Assembly (NCBI GenBank): GCA_028023455.1
Contig: JAQFVV010000004.1
Coordinates: forward strand, 9,610,001-9,674,000
Reading direction: 5' to 3'
Length of the DNA stretch: 64,000 bases
DNA from: Epiperipatus broadwayi
Lineage: Eukaryota > Animalia > Onychophora
In this document: positions 63,624 to 64,000 of the stretch, piece after piece
How positions within the stretch are numbered: position 1 is the stretch's first letter
Layout: each line of letters opens with the position of its first letter
Notes under the pieces: generated by a model
Databases searched by the model: none
The model's input: the letters and a program-made list of their open reading frames with translations, nothing else
Told to the model about the DNA's origin: nothing
Program-made: the position numbers and the translations under genes

Positions 63624-64000
63624 AATTCTACACTTCAATAACATAAAAGATTAATCCCAATTGAAAATTTTGTATTTAACAGATAGTGAAATTTTGCATA
63701 AAGAATCAGATATATTTAAAAAATGATCATCAATTTTTTTTAGCAATATGTTTGATATAAAATCGATTTTAATGCAAATATTTTTAGCTTTGGAATATTT
63801 ACACTGTAATATCAAATTATAATGTAATCTTTAAGATGAATTTGATTTATGCATAAATACAATCAAATTTTTTTATAACTATTTTTCTAGTTTGAACAAA
63901 AATTTGAATAACAGCAGATCATTTGAATTCATAGCAAATAAACAAGTTTTGAAGTGATTTTTGTCTATCAGTTGATTTATTGGTACATGTCTTTCACCAT

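Overview
This is a very AT-rich (roughly a quarter G+C by eye), intron-rich eukaryotic window, probably from an invertebrate or arthropod-like animal; the species cannot be determined from sequence alone. It has no long intact ORF, and most ORF-track entries are microsatellite or repeat artefacts. Three layers are visible. (1) Small candidate exons of one or more minus-strand genes (best supported at 21.6-28.7 kb and 45.2-45.9 kb; product not recognised), plus CpG-richer promoter-like zones at about 4.0-4.5 kb (overlapping E2F dyad) and about 59.2-60.9 kb (DRE motif). (2) Ordinary decayed transposons: L1/Tx1-like LINE pieces, a Ty3/Gypsy pol remnant, a mariner remnant, a MITE, tRNA-Gly-derived SINEs with target-site duplications, and a tRNA-Gly(TCC) pseudogene. 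(3) The most notable layer is at least five unrelated short repeat families carrying minimal type I hammerhead ribozyme motifs (CTGANGA - stem II - GAAA - palindromic mini stem III - UH). They occur as head-to-tail tandems, foldback (inverted-arm) insertions and nested clusters, and two loci also carry Penelope-like GIY-YIG endonuclease fragments. This architecture matches Penelope-like element pseudo-LTRs and metazoan retrozymes. That class is known; whether these particular families are described cannot be judged without a database search. All exon calls are manual splice-site readings and need RNA evidence.
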